Positions 28,999 through 36,305 are shown, numbered from the stretch's first letter. The stretch: DNA of 64,000 nucleotides from Thermoplasmata archaeon (GCA_035626215.1 DASPOD010000041.1:34043-98042), one strand, 5' to 3'. Made by a program: numbers and translations. The notes: a model not told the origin generated them from the letters alone.

Positions 28999-29442
28999 TC
29001 AGAGTGTGTCCGTCACGGTAAATTCGACCAACTTGTACTCTCCACCGCACACAGTAACGGATTGCGTAGACACCGCGCGGCTCTGAGGATTTGGTCCGAC
29101 GTTGAGAAACAAGGAAATGGAATGGCTCTGGCAGGCCGCTCCTGCCGCAGGGAAGACGATCACTTCACTCCCGCCGGAGGGGATTTGCAGAGTCGCCATG
29201 TGGGGGTTCTGCAGCTGATTGGCAGGCCCATCCATCGTAACCCAGAGCTGCGCCATCCCAGATTCGTTTGACGGAGAGGCGTTCTGGACTTGCACCTGAA
29301 TTCCTCCAGCATTTGGCATTTGGTAAAAGTACCACCAACCAGCCAATCCCACCAGAGCCACGCACAGGGCTGCTACCGCAATCCTGAGAGCAAGGGTTCT
29401 CCTGGATGCGTGCTTCGGACGCGCGCTGTCCGATTCGTTCAT
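28999..29442 (-). CDS. N-terminally anchored extracytoplasmic protein
   Basis: One TM (LALRIAVAALCVALVGLAGWWYF), then a beta-rich domain with N-x-S/T sequons. gaggagg lies upstream of the ATG. Confidence 0.5.
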   Translation of the reverse strand: MNESDSARPKHASRRTLALRIAVAALCVALVGLAGWWYFYQMPNAGGIQVQVQNASPSNESGMAQLWVTMDGPANQLQNPHMATLQIPSGGSEVIVFPAAGAACQSHSISLFLNVGPNPQSRAVSTQSVTVCGGEYKLVEFTVTDTL

Positions 29443-29539
29443 GGTCGGCCTCCTCTACGAAGCCACGGTTTCGGTATTAGAAGCGATGGGCCACGGTCGC
29501 CGTGCGTAGGTGATTACGGTCCTCCATCTACCACGAACG

Positions 29540-29683
29540 TCACCGCACGGCGAAGTACCACCAAACTCACAGCCCCGCGGACATCGAGCACATCATCGCG
29601 AGCGCGAGCAACGCGGCGATTAGTCCCTGGCGTGGCGTCATTGATTCGGTGACCTCCGCGGACGACGGCGCGTCGCGTGGCAT
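29540..29683 (-). pseudogene. copy D of the small-hydrophobic-peptide repeat, interrupted by TGA where copy C has TGG
   Basis: MPRDAPSSAEVTESMTPRQGLIAALLALAMMCSMSAGL*VWWYFAVR*. Core is 62/70 nt identical to copy C by hand alignment. Confidence 0.6.
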
Positions 29684-29759
29684 TTAAGGCGCGGACGTGG
29701 GACACGTCACATTTCTCCCTCCGATCCGGAGGCATGGTCTGGATTGGGCGCGGATCCGC

Positions 29760-30299
29760 TCATCGAGGCAGAACGCGATACTCAGTTTGCACCAGCCCCT
29801 TTCGATACACCTTGGTCCTGATATGTTTCAGCCGAACGTCGTGGGGAAGGGCCCCGAACAGGGGGATGCCCTCGCCGATCAGCACGGGGACTCTCGTGAC
29901 GATAAGACGGTCGACGCGACCGGCTCGCAGGAAACCCTGAATCGTTTTGCCTCCGTCCACGTACAGGTGACGGAAGCCGCGTCGGCCCAAGTGCGAGACC
30001 ACCTGCTGCGGGGTTCCATTGAGGACCTCGCAAGTGACGCCATTCGGGATACTGAGCCGCTGGGGGTGGCGCGTGAGGACGAACAGGGGTTTCTCGAAAG
30101 GCCACTGGCCCGGATGTCCTCGCAACCAACCGCGTGCCCAATCGAAAGTCTTCCGCCCGATCACCTGAGCGTCGATCGTTGCCACGAAAGCTTCGAACCC
30201 ATTGTCCAGGTTCTCGCCCATCATCAGGAAGTCCAGGCTTCCGTTCTCCCGCGCGATGAACCCGTCGACGCTGGCGCCCACAAACACGGAGGTTTTCAT
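29760..30299 (-). CDS. dihydrofolate reductase-like / RibD C-terminal domain protein
   Basis: MKTSVFVGASVDGFIARENGSLDFL ... LYVDGGKTIQGFL is typical of RibD_C family proteins. Confidence 0.75.
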   Translation of the reverse strand: MKTSVFVGASVDGFIARENGSLDFLMMGENLDNGFEAFVATIDAQVIGRKTFDWARGWLRGHPGQWPFEKPLFVLTRHPQRLSIPNGVTCEVLNGTPQQVVSHLGRRGFRHLYVDGGKTIQGFLRAGRVDRLIVTRVPVLIGEGIPLFGALPHDVRLKHIRTKVYRKGLVQTEYRVLPR

Positions 30300-30494
30300 C
30301 GTTCTGCGGAACGAATGGGGCTAGTTGATTCTTCGCGAGTCGGCACTCCGCTCTGATTGCGGTCCTCCATCGGCCGCGCGCGTCCTTCACGGGGCCCGTG
30401 AGTCCCGTGTTCCCTAAATCGCATGTGACGCCGCCTAGTGAAATCCTGCCGCAGGTCTCATGACCCTCGTTCCAAATCACGTTTCTGTCCTGGT

Positions 30495-30893
30495 ATGGCC
30501 GCTGTCCGTCCGCGGATTAGCGCGGTCCTCTTTGACGTCGGAGGGACCCTTGTCCGCGAGCCGGATGTAGACGCGTGGGTAGAGCGGGCGCGCTTCCTCT
30601 GTCTCAACGTGGATCCGTACGGACTCGCACGGGCGTACGTGGAGACCCTCTCCGAGGTCGACAAGGTCGGTGCGCTTCGAGATGCCGAGACGTTGAGTAT
30701 AGAGTTCTGGCGACGTGTCATGTCGAGAACGCTCGAGTCGCGATTCCCGCCCAGCCCGACCCCGAAGAGAGGTTCGCGACACCCACTCGGAGGTTCGCCC
30801 TCGCTGAGATCAGGTCGGGCCTACCCGACGACAGCCGCGAAGCCGACGAACGGGTCGCGGAGCGTCGACTCCGTGAACTTCGGGGACGCGTAA
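30495..30893 (+). pseudogene. HAD hydrolase N-terminal fragment running out-of-frame into the next cassette
   Basis: ISAVLFDVGGTLV (HAD motif I) plus the start of a cap region, then low-complexity read-through. HAD motifs II-IV are absent. Confidence 0.5.
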
Positions 30894-31033
30894 AGCGCGC
30901 TCGTACGGTGGTAGCGACTACCCCAGGCCTAGCGGAACTCCTCAAAGCCGATTGGCAGCGCGCTGCCCGGTTCTACGCCCGGTTCGGGGTCGGCGAGGCG
31001 TTGTTCCGCTTTGGGGTCCCGCGCCAAGACTGA
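30764..31033 (+). pseudogene. copy 1 of the SGLPDDSRE...ARFYARFG small helical protein (no usable start codon seen)
   Basis: TPTRRFALAEIRSGLPDDSREADE...LRELRGRVKRARTVVATTPGLAELLKADWQRAARFYARFGVGEALF is paralogous to 32024..32317. Confidence 0.45.
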
Positions 31034-31099
31034 TGCGAGAAACTCGAATCACTGTCCCCATGCACGCCGCCCGAGGAATATTGAAGGTCCTGCCGAGCC

Positions 31100-31933
31100 T
31101 TGCGTGATTCTCGGGAAGTCCCTACGACCGCGGCTAACGCCGAATCCGGCCACCGGGTGACCACGGCTGCGAAGAAGCCGAGACGACGGTTGCTCCTGCT
31201 CGCAATCGTCGCCGTGGTCGTCGTAGTCCTATTGCTGGTGCTCCCACTGTTTGGAACCTGGGGGCTGCCATACCATTGGGGGTGCGAGCGCGGGAGCCTT
31301 GTGGCGGTCGGCAATCTGTGGACTCCAGTTGTTCTGGTCAACGCGCCCTACCACGCGACGGCGTACGCCGCCGGCGTCCTGATGTCGGGCGGCGAGCCGA
31401 TTGGCGGGGGCGGAGGTTCGATTCAGGCCGCGAACGGCTCGTCGGAGGGATTGTTTGCCCTCGGGAAGTGGTGGATCTACTCGACCTCCACCCAACTACA
31501 GTTCGGTCCGGGGTCATCAGTCCCTTGTAGCAGTTCGCTGACCCCAGTGTTGGTCGGTCTTGAGGTTGTTTTACCGGCGGCGGCTTACGTCACACCCGTT
31601 CAACTGGCCGGTCCCGGCAATACTACCACGCACGGGGTCCAGACGAACTTCACGTTGCGCGGATATCCTTCTGTCAAGTGGAATACGAACTATGACATTA
31701 CAGATCAGCTCAGCGCCAACCAAACCGCGTGTCCCGGTGGGTCCGCCTGGGACTCGCCAGTCGCCCACCAGCTCAACGTAACGGTCCCGTACCAGAACGT
31801 CAGCCTCGCCGCAACTCTCTCATCGGAACAAGTCTTCGTCTACGATCTTTTGCCGCCCGGGAACTGGCTAATTCAGACCTCACCCAGCGGCACATGGGCG
31901 TTCGATTACCATCCTGCCGATTGTTCCTCTTGA
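31100..31933 (+). CDS. N-terminally anchored extracytoplasmic protein
   Basis: KKPRRRLLLLAIVAVVVVVLLLVLPLF anchor, then a Gly/Ser/Thr-rich domain with several N-x-S/T sequons. TTG start at 31100 or GTG at 31157. Confidence 0.5.
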   Translation: MRDSREVPTTAANAESGHRVTTAAKKPRRRLLLLAIVAVVVVVLLLVLPLFGTWGLPYHWGCERGSLVAVGNLWTPVVLVNAPYHATAYAAGVLMSGGEPIGGGGGSIQAANGSSEGLFALGKWWIYSTSTQLQFGPGSSVPCSSSLTPVLVGLEVVLPAAAYVTPVQLAGPGNTTTHGVQTNFTLRGYPSVKWNTNYDITDQLSANQTACPGGSAWDSPVAHQLNVTVPYQNVSLAATLSSEQVFVYDLLPPGNWLIQTSPSGTWAFDYHPADCSS

Positions 31934-32023
31934 TCAGCACCGTTCAGGAAGCATCACTTCGCATCGCGGACGCGCTTCGAGCCACACCTCGCGTTCGGGG
32001 GCGCAGACGAGGACGAATCCGAG

Positions 32024-32317
32024 GTGATCGTCACCCCAATCCGACAGTTCACCATCTCGGTCACGACGAGCGGCCTCCCCGACGACTCTCGCGAGCAGGA
32101 CGAGTGGACCGAGCCGCGGCACCTGCGCGATTTGCGCGGGCGAATGAAGGCCGCGCGGGAGGTCGTGTCCAACACGCCCAGGCTCGCAGAGACTCTCGCC
32201 GCGAAATGGCGGCGGGCTGCCGGATTCTACGCCCGGTTCGGAATTACCGAGGCGATTTTTCGAAACCGAGTGTCAGCAGACGACTGCTATATCGAGCCCT
32301 TACCACTCGCTGGCTAA
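32024..32317 (+). CDS. copy 2 of the SGLPDDSRE...ARFYARFG small helical protein
   Basis: 97 aa with a GTG start. Paralogous to 30764..31033. Family not recognised. Confidence 0.5.
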   Translation: MIVTPIRQFTISVTTSGLPDDSREQDEWTEPRHLRDLRGRMKAAREVVSNTPRLAETLAAKWRRAAGFYARFGITEAIFRNRVSADDCYIEPLPLAG

Positions 32318-32367
32318 TGAGTCGAAGGCGACGACAAACCTAGTAGCTGCGTAATATCGCCCCTATC

Positions 32368-32943
32368 ATGGAGCAATCAACACAAGGAGCTCCCGCCGCC
32401 ACCACCTCTGTCCCTAGAAAGTCCCCGATGACTTTTCCGGCCTGGAGCGTAGCGCTCATCGCGGGGATCGCCGTCGTTGCCCTTGCGTTCGCGGTGATCC
32501 TGCAAATCGAGGTTACTTCACTTCAGTCGGCCGAAACGACCCCGGGCAGCACTCAGTTGTTCGCTGGTACGGTCAACGTCAGTCAGGAGCTGGCCCCGGG
32601 AAACGCAAGTTACGGATACTATGGTGGCGCGTCGTTCTCCGCGCCCATAGGAAACGGGAATCCTCTTGCCATGCAAATGACGTTTCGCGAACCTGGCGGA
32701 GTTCCCGTGACCTTGGTGTTCGATGTCTGTTCAGAAGTCGGTATCTGCGGCATCCGGGACGGGAACCTGCATTTGGTCTCACTCACGCCTCAACTGTCCG
32801 AATCCGCAATCGTTCTGGTGCCCGCGACAGGGTACTACAACCTCTTTTTGCTCAATCTGGCGGGATACACGAGCGGTGCTCCGGTGGCGCCTTTTTCCGT
32901 GCAGGTCAACGTGACCCTGCTGGGCCACGTGGATCTCCACTAG
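32368..32943 (+). CDS. N-terminally anchored extracytoplasmic protein
   Basis: TM WSVALIAGIAVVALAFAVIL followed by a beta-rich domain with NVS, NAS and NVT sequons. Confidence 0.55.
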   Translation: MEQSTQGAPAATTSVPRKSPMTFPAWSVALIAGIAVVALAFAVILQIEVTSLQSAETTPGSTQLFAGTVNVSQELAPGNASYGYYGGASFSAPIGNGNPLAMQMTFREPGGVPVTLVFDVCSEVGICGIRDGNLHLVSLTPQLSESAIVLVPATGYYNLFLLNLAGYTSGAPVAPFSVQVNVTLLGHVDLH

Positions 32944-33014
32944 TGAAGATCTAGCAACTCCTCGCGGAAACCTTCGCTCGCGACGGGCCGAAGGCCGGTC
33001 GGGGGAAACTCGGC

Positions 33015-33404
33015 TCAGAAGTCACGCAGGTCGCGGCCCAGCTGCCGGAGGGAAGAGCTGTCCCACTTGGCGTCGGCGATTACCCGGGCTACCATGTCGG
33101 ACACGTCCGGCACGGTTCCGAGTTTCCTGAGCACGTCGAGCGTTGCGCCGTCGAGGGCTTCCACCGCAAGCTGAAACTGCTCGTTACGGGCCCTTCGCGC
33201 GAGCTCTCGAGCTTCCGCGAGGTCCAGCAGCAGCCGGGACAACCACTCATCGGCGTCACGTTGAGTCAGTCGGCGGTCGGACGTGCAACAGCGACGCTCG
33301 CGGGTTGTACTTAGTCCTCGCGTTCGAGTGGACGGGGGTCCCTCCCACTCGCTTCGCTCGTCGGCCCCTCCCGCGCCACGCGCTCCGCCGCTACGGGTAA
33401 ACAC
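33015..33404 (-). CDS. hypothetical helical protein
   Basis: The C-terminal 80 aa look like genuine helical protein (WLSRLLLDLAEARELARRARNEQFQLAVEALDG...). The N-terminal extent is uncertain. Confidence 0.35.
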   Translation of the reverse strand: MFTRSGGARGAGGADERSEWEGPPSTRTRGLSTTRERRCCTSDRRLTQRDADEWLSRLLLDLAEARELARRARNEQFQLAVEALDGATLDVLRKLGTVPDVSDMVARVIADAKWDSSSLRQLGRDLRDF

Positions 33405-33424
33405 GGACGCGCCATTCTAGGGGC

Positions 33425-33661
33425 GTGCACCGAAAGGTGATTGGAGCACTCCTCGCGGTCGCGGGGATCGTGTTAATCGGGCTCGCCATCGGGACAACCC
33501 ACCAGAATTGTCCGGCGTCGACCTACAATGGGACAGGACCCCCACCGCCCACGGCCCCCTGCGCTGCGAATTCATGGACTGCACTTGCACTCTCGACCCT
33601 CGCTCTCGGCATCGTGCTTGTGCCGTCGGGCGGGTTCGTCGCGCTCTACCGTCGCTCCTGA
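33425..33661 (+). CDS. small two-TM membrane protein with Cys-containing loop
   Basis: 78 aa with a GTG start. Two hydrophobic helices flank NCPASTYNGTGPPPPTAPC. Confidence 0.45.
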   Translation: MHRKVIGALLAVAGIVLIGLAIGTTHQNCPASTYNGTGPPPPTAPCAANSWTALALSTLALGIVLVPSGGFVALYRRS

Positions 33662-33704
33662 GACGCGGTCTCGCCCATTCTCCCTCTCCCTGCGAGGGGG
33701 AAGG

Positions 33705-33953
33705 ATGCGAGACAATCATGGCGTCTCGGACCCATCGGCGAGTGACCCGCGGATCGTCTGGACCGGCGCGATTCTGGTGACCATCGGGCTGTCACTCATC
33801 CTGTTCGCGTGCGAATGGTTAGCCACGTACGATGCGTGCGTCGGGAACCCAGCATACAACGCGGGGGCCCCGACCGGCACGATGGGTCCCTCGAAGTCCC
33901 TATGTGCCGTTCCCAACGGCAAACGGCGCTTTGAAAATAGACGGATTTTCTGA
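33705..33953 (+). CDS. small membrane protein whose last 13 codons lie inside the direct repeat
   Basis: MRDNHGVSDPSASDPRIVWTGAILVTIGLSLILFACEWL... The C-terminal NGKRRFENRRIF* is encoded by the repeat; the same tail is created at the left copy. Confidence 0.4.
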   Translation: MRDNHGVSDPSASDPRIVWTGAILVTIGLSLILFACEWLATYDACVGNPAYNAGAPTGTMGPSKSLCAVPNGKRRFENRRIF

Positions 33954-34004
33954 CGTGAAGTGGGCCCGGCCGGATTTGAACCGGCGACCTTCCGGTTATC
34001 AGCC
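33915..34004. repeat. direct repeat, right copy (overlaps the intact tRNA-Ile 3' half)
   Basis: 87/90 identical to 24882..24971. Confidence 0.9.
33933..33941 (-). terminator. T-run (ctattttc on the minus strand) about 20 nt downstream of the tRNA 3' end
   Basis: Oligo-T tract read from the sequence. Archaeal terminators are oligo-T, but this is only four Ts. Confidence 0.3.
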
Positions 34005-34035
34005 GGATGCTCCAGCCAAACTAAGCTACGGGCCC
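33961..34035 (-). tRNA. tRNA-Ile (anticodon GAU), 75 nt, no intron, CCA not encoded
   Basis: Reverse complement GGGCCCGTAGCTTAGTTTGGCTGGAGCATCCGGCTGATAACCGGAAGGTCGCCGGTTCAAATCCGGCCGGGCCCA folds by hand into a cloverleaf: 7-bp acceptor, TCCGG/CCGGA anticodon stem, loop CTGATAA, T arm GCCGG-TTCAAAT-CCGGC. Confidence 0.93.
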
Positions 34036-34056
34036 CACCGATAGGACGGATACGGG

Positions 34057-34063
34057 TCTAAAA
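34057..34063 (-). promoter_or_regulatory. TATA-like box (TTTTAGA on the minus strand) 22-28 nt upstream of tRNA-Ile
   Basis: Its position relative to tRNA nucleotide 1 fits archaeal promoter spacing. Confidence 0.5.
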
Positions 34064-34163
34064 CCGTGTCGGGTGTCCCCGGGCGTGCCGGCCGTCAGGG
34101 CGCGTCGTTTTGCACGGGGCCGCACAGAGACTTTACGTTCGCAGAGCGGTTGACTCCCGAGTT

Positions 34164-34394
34164 ATGGCAGGAGACCTCCCTGCGAGCCCGGCCGAGCCGA
34201 TGCCAGTTTGGACCGTCTGGGCCATCCTTGGTGGCGCCTGCCTCTTCGCGGGTGGTCTCGAGCTTATTCTTGATTGGCTTTATTCTGGGGGATCGCGGCT
34301 CGGAGCCTCGATCGGGTCTACTCTCTCGCTGGCGGGATTCATTCTGGTAGCTTTGGGAGCCAACGCTCGCAGGCGGAGCCTCCCGCGACCGTAG
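34164..34394 (+). CDS. small two-TM membrane protein
   Basis: MAGDLPASPAEPMPVWTVWAILGGACLFAGGLELIL...LSLAGFILVALGA. ATG at 34164; the track start 34110 is TTG. Confidence 0.4.
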   Translation: MAGDLPASPAEPMPVWTVWAILGGACLFAGGLELILDWLYSGGSRLGASIGSTLSLAGFILVALGANARRRSLPRP

Positions 34395-34463
34395 ATTAGG
34401 CCCGGATGCGGTCTTCGAGGCTAGCCCGAAAAGGGCACCTTCTTACTGGTAGGGAAACCTCAG

Positions 34464-35162
34464 GTGCATCTTCATTGCACGCATTGCGGGACCCGGAACC
34501 CGGCCGGAACTGCTCGTGGCACAAGTTGCGGCGCGGCACTCTCAGTCACCATAGCCCGGGCCCGGGTTCCCTTGAACCCAGCTCGCATGGAGAGCGGCAA
34601 CGCTCGATTCAAGTGTTTGGAAGCGCATCCGGACACGGTGGGAAACATGGGCACTCCTGCCGGGACAGACTCGCCCGCGTCCCCCACGACGCCGTCCCGC
34701 AAATCGCGCCGGTGGCTCTACGTGACCGCAGCCGTTGTCGTGATCGCTGGGTCTGTTTTGGGCGTCGTTCTGAACTATGAATACCAGCCCGGTAACGCTC
34801 TCAACCCTTACACCGAGAGGGTAACGCAGTTCGACTGGTACTATCTTCTCACCAGGACCCCCGGTGACAGTCCAGTCTACTTCGGGCAATTGCCGGGGTG
34901 TACTACACACAATGGAGGCGAGTGCAACACCTCCATCAGCGTCACCGCGTACAACTTCGGATATAGCCAAGTGACAGTCACAAATGTCAGCGTCTACTCG
35001 GAGAATTCAACGGGACCAGCTCCGCAGCTGGTCAGCAGTAACGCTCCGCTCACGATTGGCAGTGACCTGCCGCAGACGATCGTCGTTACTGTGGGCTTGC
35101 CGGACTCCAATTTCGTTGGCGCTGTCTCCATCGTCTTGAATATCCCTCTCTGGTCCTACTAG
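34464..35162 (+). CDS. zinc-ribbon / single-TM / extracytoplasmic-domain protein
   Basis: N-terminal HCTHCGTRNPAGTARGTSCG, TM WLYVTAAVVVIAGSVLGVVL, and a C-terminal beta-rich domain with NTS, NVS and NST sequons. Confidence 0.55.
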   Translation: MHLHCTHCGTRNPAGTARGTSCGAALSVTIARARVPLNPARMESGNARFKCLEAHPDTVGNMGTPAGTDSPASPTTPSRKSRRWLYVTAAVVVIAGSVLGVVLNYEYQPGNALNPYTERVTQFDWYYLLTRTPGDSPVYFGQLPGCTTHNGGECNTSISVTAYNFGYSQVTVTNVSVYSENSTGPAPQLVSSNAPLTIGSDLPQTIVVTVGLPDSNFVGAVSIVLNIPLWSY

Positions 35163-35221
35163 GGGGCATGCGGGGGCCGGGCCTCGAGAAATCGGGGCTC
35201 GTCTTTCGGCGCTGATGAGTC

Positions 35222-35234
35222 GGGAAAAAAATCC
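35222..35234 (-). terminator. T7 run on the minus strand, about 20 nt after the stop of 35252..35647
   Basis: gcggatttttttccc on the minus strand, between convergent genes. Confidence 0.5.
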
Positions 35235-35251
35235 GCATCGTATCCCTGGTT

Positions 35252-35647
35252 TCATGCGAGTGGCTCGGTTGGTGCCTGGGCATCGGAGCCCGCTGGAGAA
35301 GCCGGGGTCCGCCTCTCACCGAAGTATGCGAGCAGCAACCCCACCACAACGAGCAATATGCCGAAACCTGCGAGCGCGTGGGTCTCGGAGCAAGCTGGCC
35401 CTCCGGGGCCGCATGCCAAGAGCAACCCCGGGGTCGAAAGAACCACACCGACCACGATGAGGGCTAGCCACGCGATACCCCCCGCCCGCTCCCCCGTTGT
35501 TCCGCGCGCGGGGGAGGGTGTTGGCGGGACTACTGTCCCACAAGTGGGGCACGACGTGGCCTGGGCGTGAAGAGGCTGACCGCATCGTTCGCACGTTTTT
35601 ATCGGGCCGTCGATTAGACCCCGGAACACCTGTGCCACCACTAACAA
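35252..35647 (-). CDS. zinc-ribbon membrane protein
   Basis: CERCGQPLHAQATSCPTCG followed by two hydrophobic helices. Confidence 0.55.
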   Translation of the reverse strand: MLVVAQVFRGLIDGPIKTCERCGQPLHAQATSCPTCGTVVPPTPSPARGTTGERAGGIAWLALIVVGVVLSTPGLLLACGPGGPACSETHALAGFGILLVVVGLLLAYFGERRTPASPAGSDAQAPTEPLA

Positions 35648-35929
35648 TAACGCACGCGAGCGCTTGAACCAAACGTTGACCTAGCCCGTGATCGGGGCGG
35701 GTGGAACCTCCGGCGCTCGGGGATCGCGACCGGGGGGGCCGCCGATTCTATCGTTCTCTCGCCGAAGGCGTCCGGTTTGCTGGTCCTCCCCACGGGACAA
35801 AGGGCGACGCAGACGACCCTTGTGTGCCCCGGTGCGTCGGAGCCATCCCTCTTCTATATCGGGCCCCTTCGGGAAACGGAAGGGTACCCACTGTTCTCCG
35901 AAGCCACAGGACGTTCCCCTACCGGAAGG

Positions 35930-36202
35930 GTGAGGCTAGATACCGTGACCGCGCTCCGCGATACTTCGGAAGAGGCGGTCGAGCGGAAAAAAACCGCCGC
36001 CTTCATACTTGGAGTAGGAGTCATCGGCTTCTGGTTCCTCGGTTTGATCGCCTTTCTCGCGAGCCCTCGCTACCACGGCAGCTTTACTGGGAACGAGCTG
36101 GTCGTGGCGGGCGGTCTGGCGACGGCCACCGGAATCTTCCTGTGTGTGGCCCTGGTGGCGGTTTGGTTCGACAAACCCTGGGTCGGCCAGTGGCATGATT
36201 AG
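35930..36202 (+). CDS. small two-TM membrane protein
   Basis: GTG at 35930 preceded by ggaagg. AAFILGVGVIGFWFLGLIAFL and LATATGIFLCVALVAVWF helices. The longer track ORF (35777) has an implausible N-terminus. Confidence 0.45.
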   Translation: MRLDTVTALRDTSEEAVERKKTAAFILGVGVIGFWFLGLIAFLASPRYHGSFTGNELVVAGGLATATGIFLCVALVAVWFDKPWVGQWHD

Positions 36203-36305
36203 CTCCCTTGCATCCAAAGAACGTCGCTGAGGGCGGCTGGAGACCGACCCGTGGGCGGTCCAATACAGTCGGGGGATCCGTCCGGTCGAGGTAGATTCCC
36301 TTACC

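Larger units (their letters stand above)
24882..34004. mobile_element. candidate tRNA-Ile-targeted genomic island (integrase not detected; probably degraded)
   Basis: Bounded by the 90-bp direct repeat, with the intact tRNA at the right end only. Contents are small accessory genes, pseudogene fragments and repeats. Confidence 0.45.

Noticed and set aside
21973-29683. gcgatgatg in each repeat copy, considered as a C/D-box sRNA C box
   Set aside because: The sequence is TGATGK, not RUGAUGA. No CUGA D box lies at the expected distance.
24972-33914. Search for integrase, transposase, replication or capsid genes inside the island
   Set aside because: None recognised in any track frame. The element call is therefore kept at low confidence and described as integrase-less.
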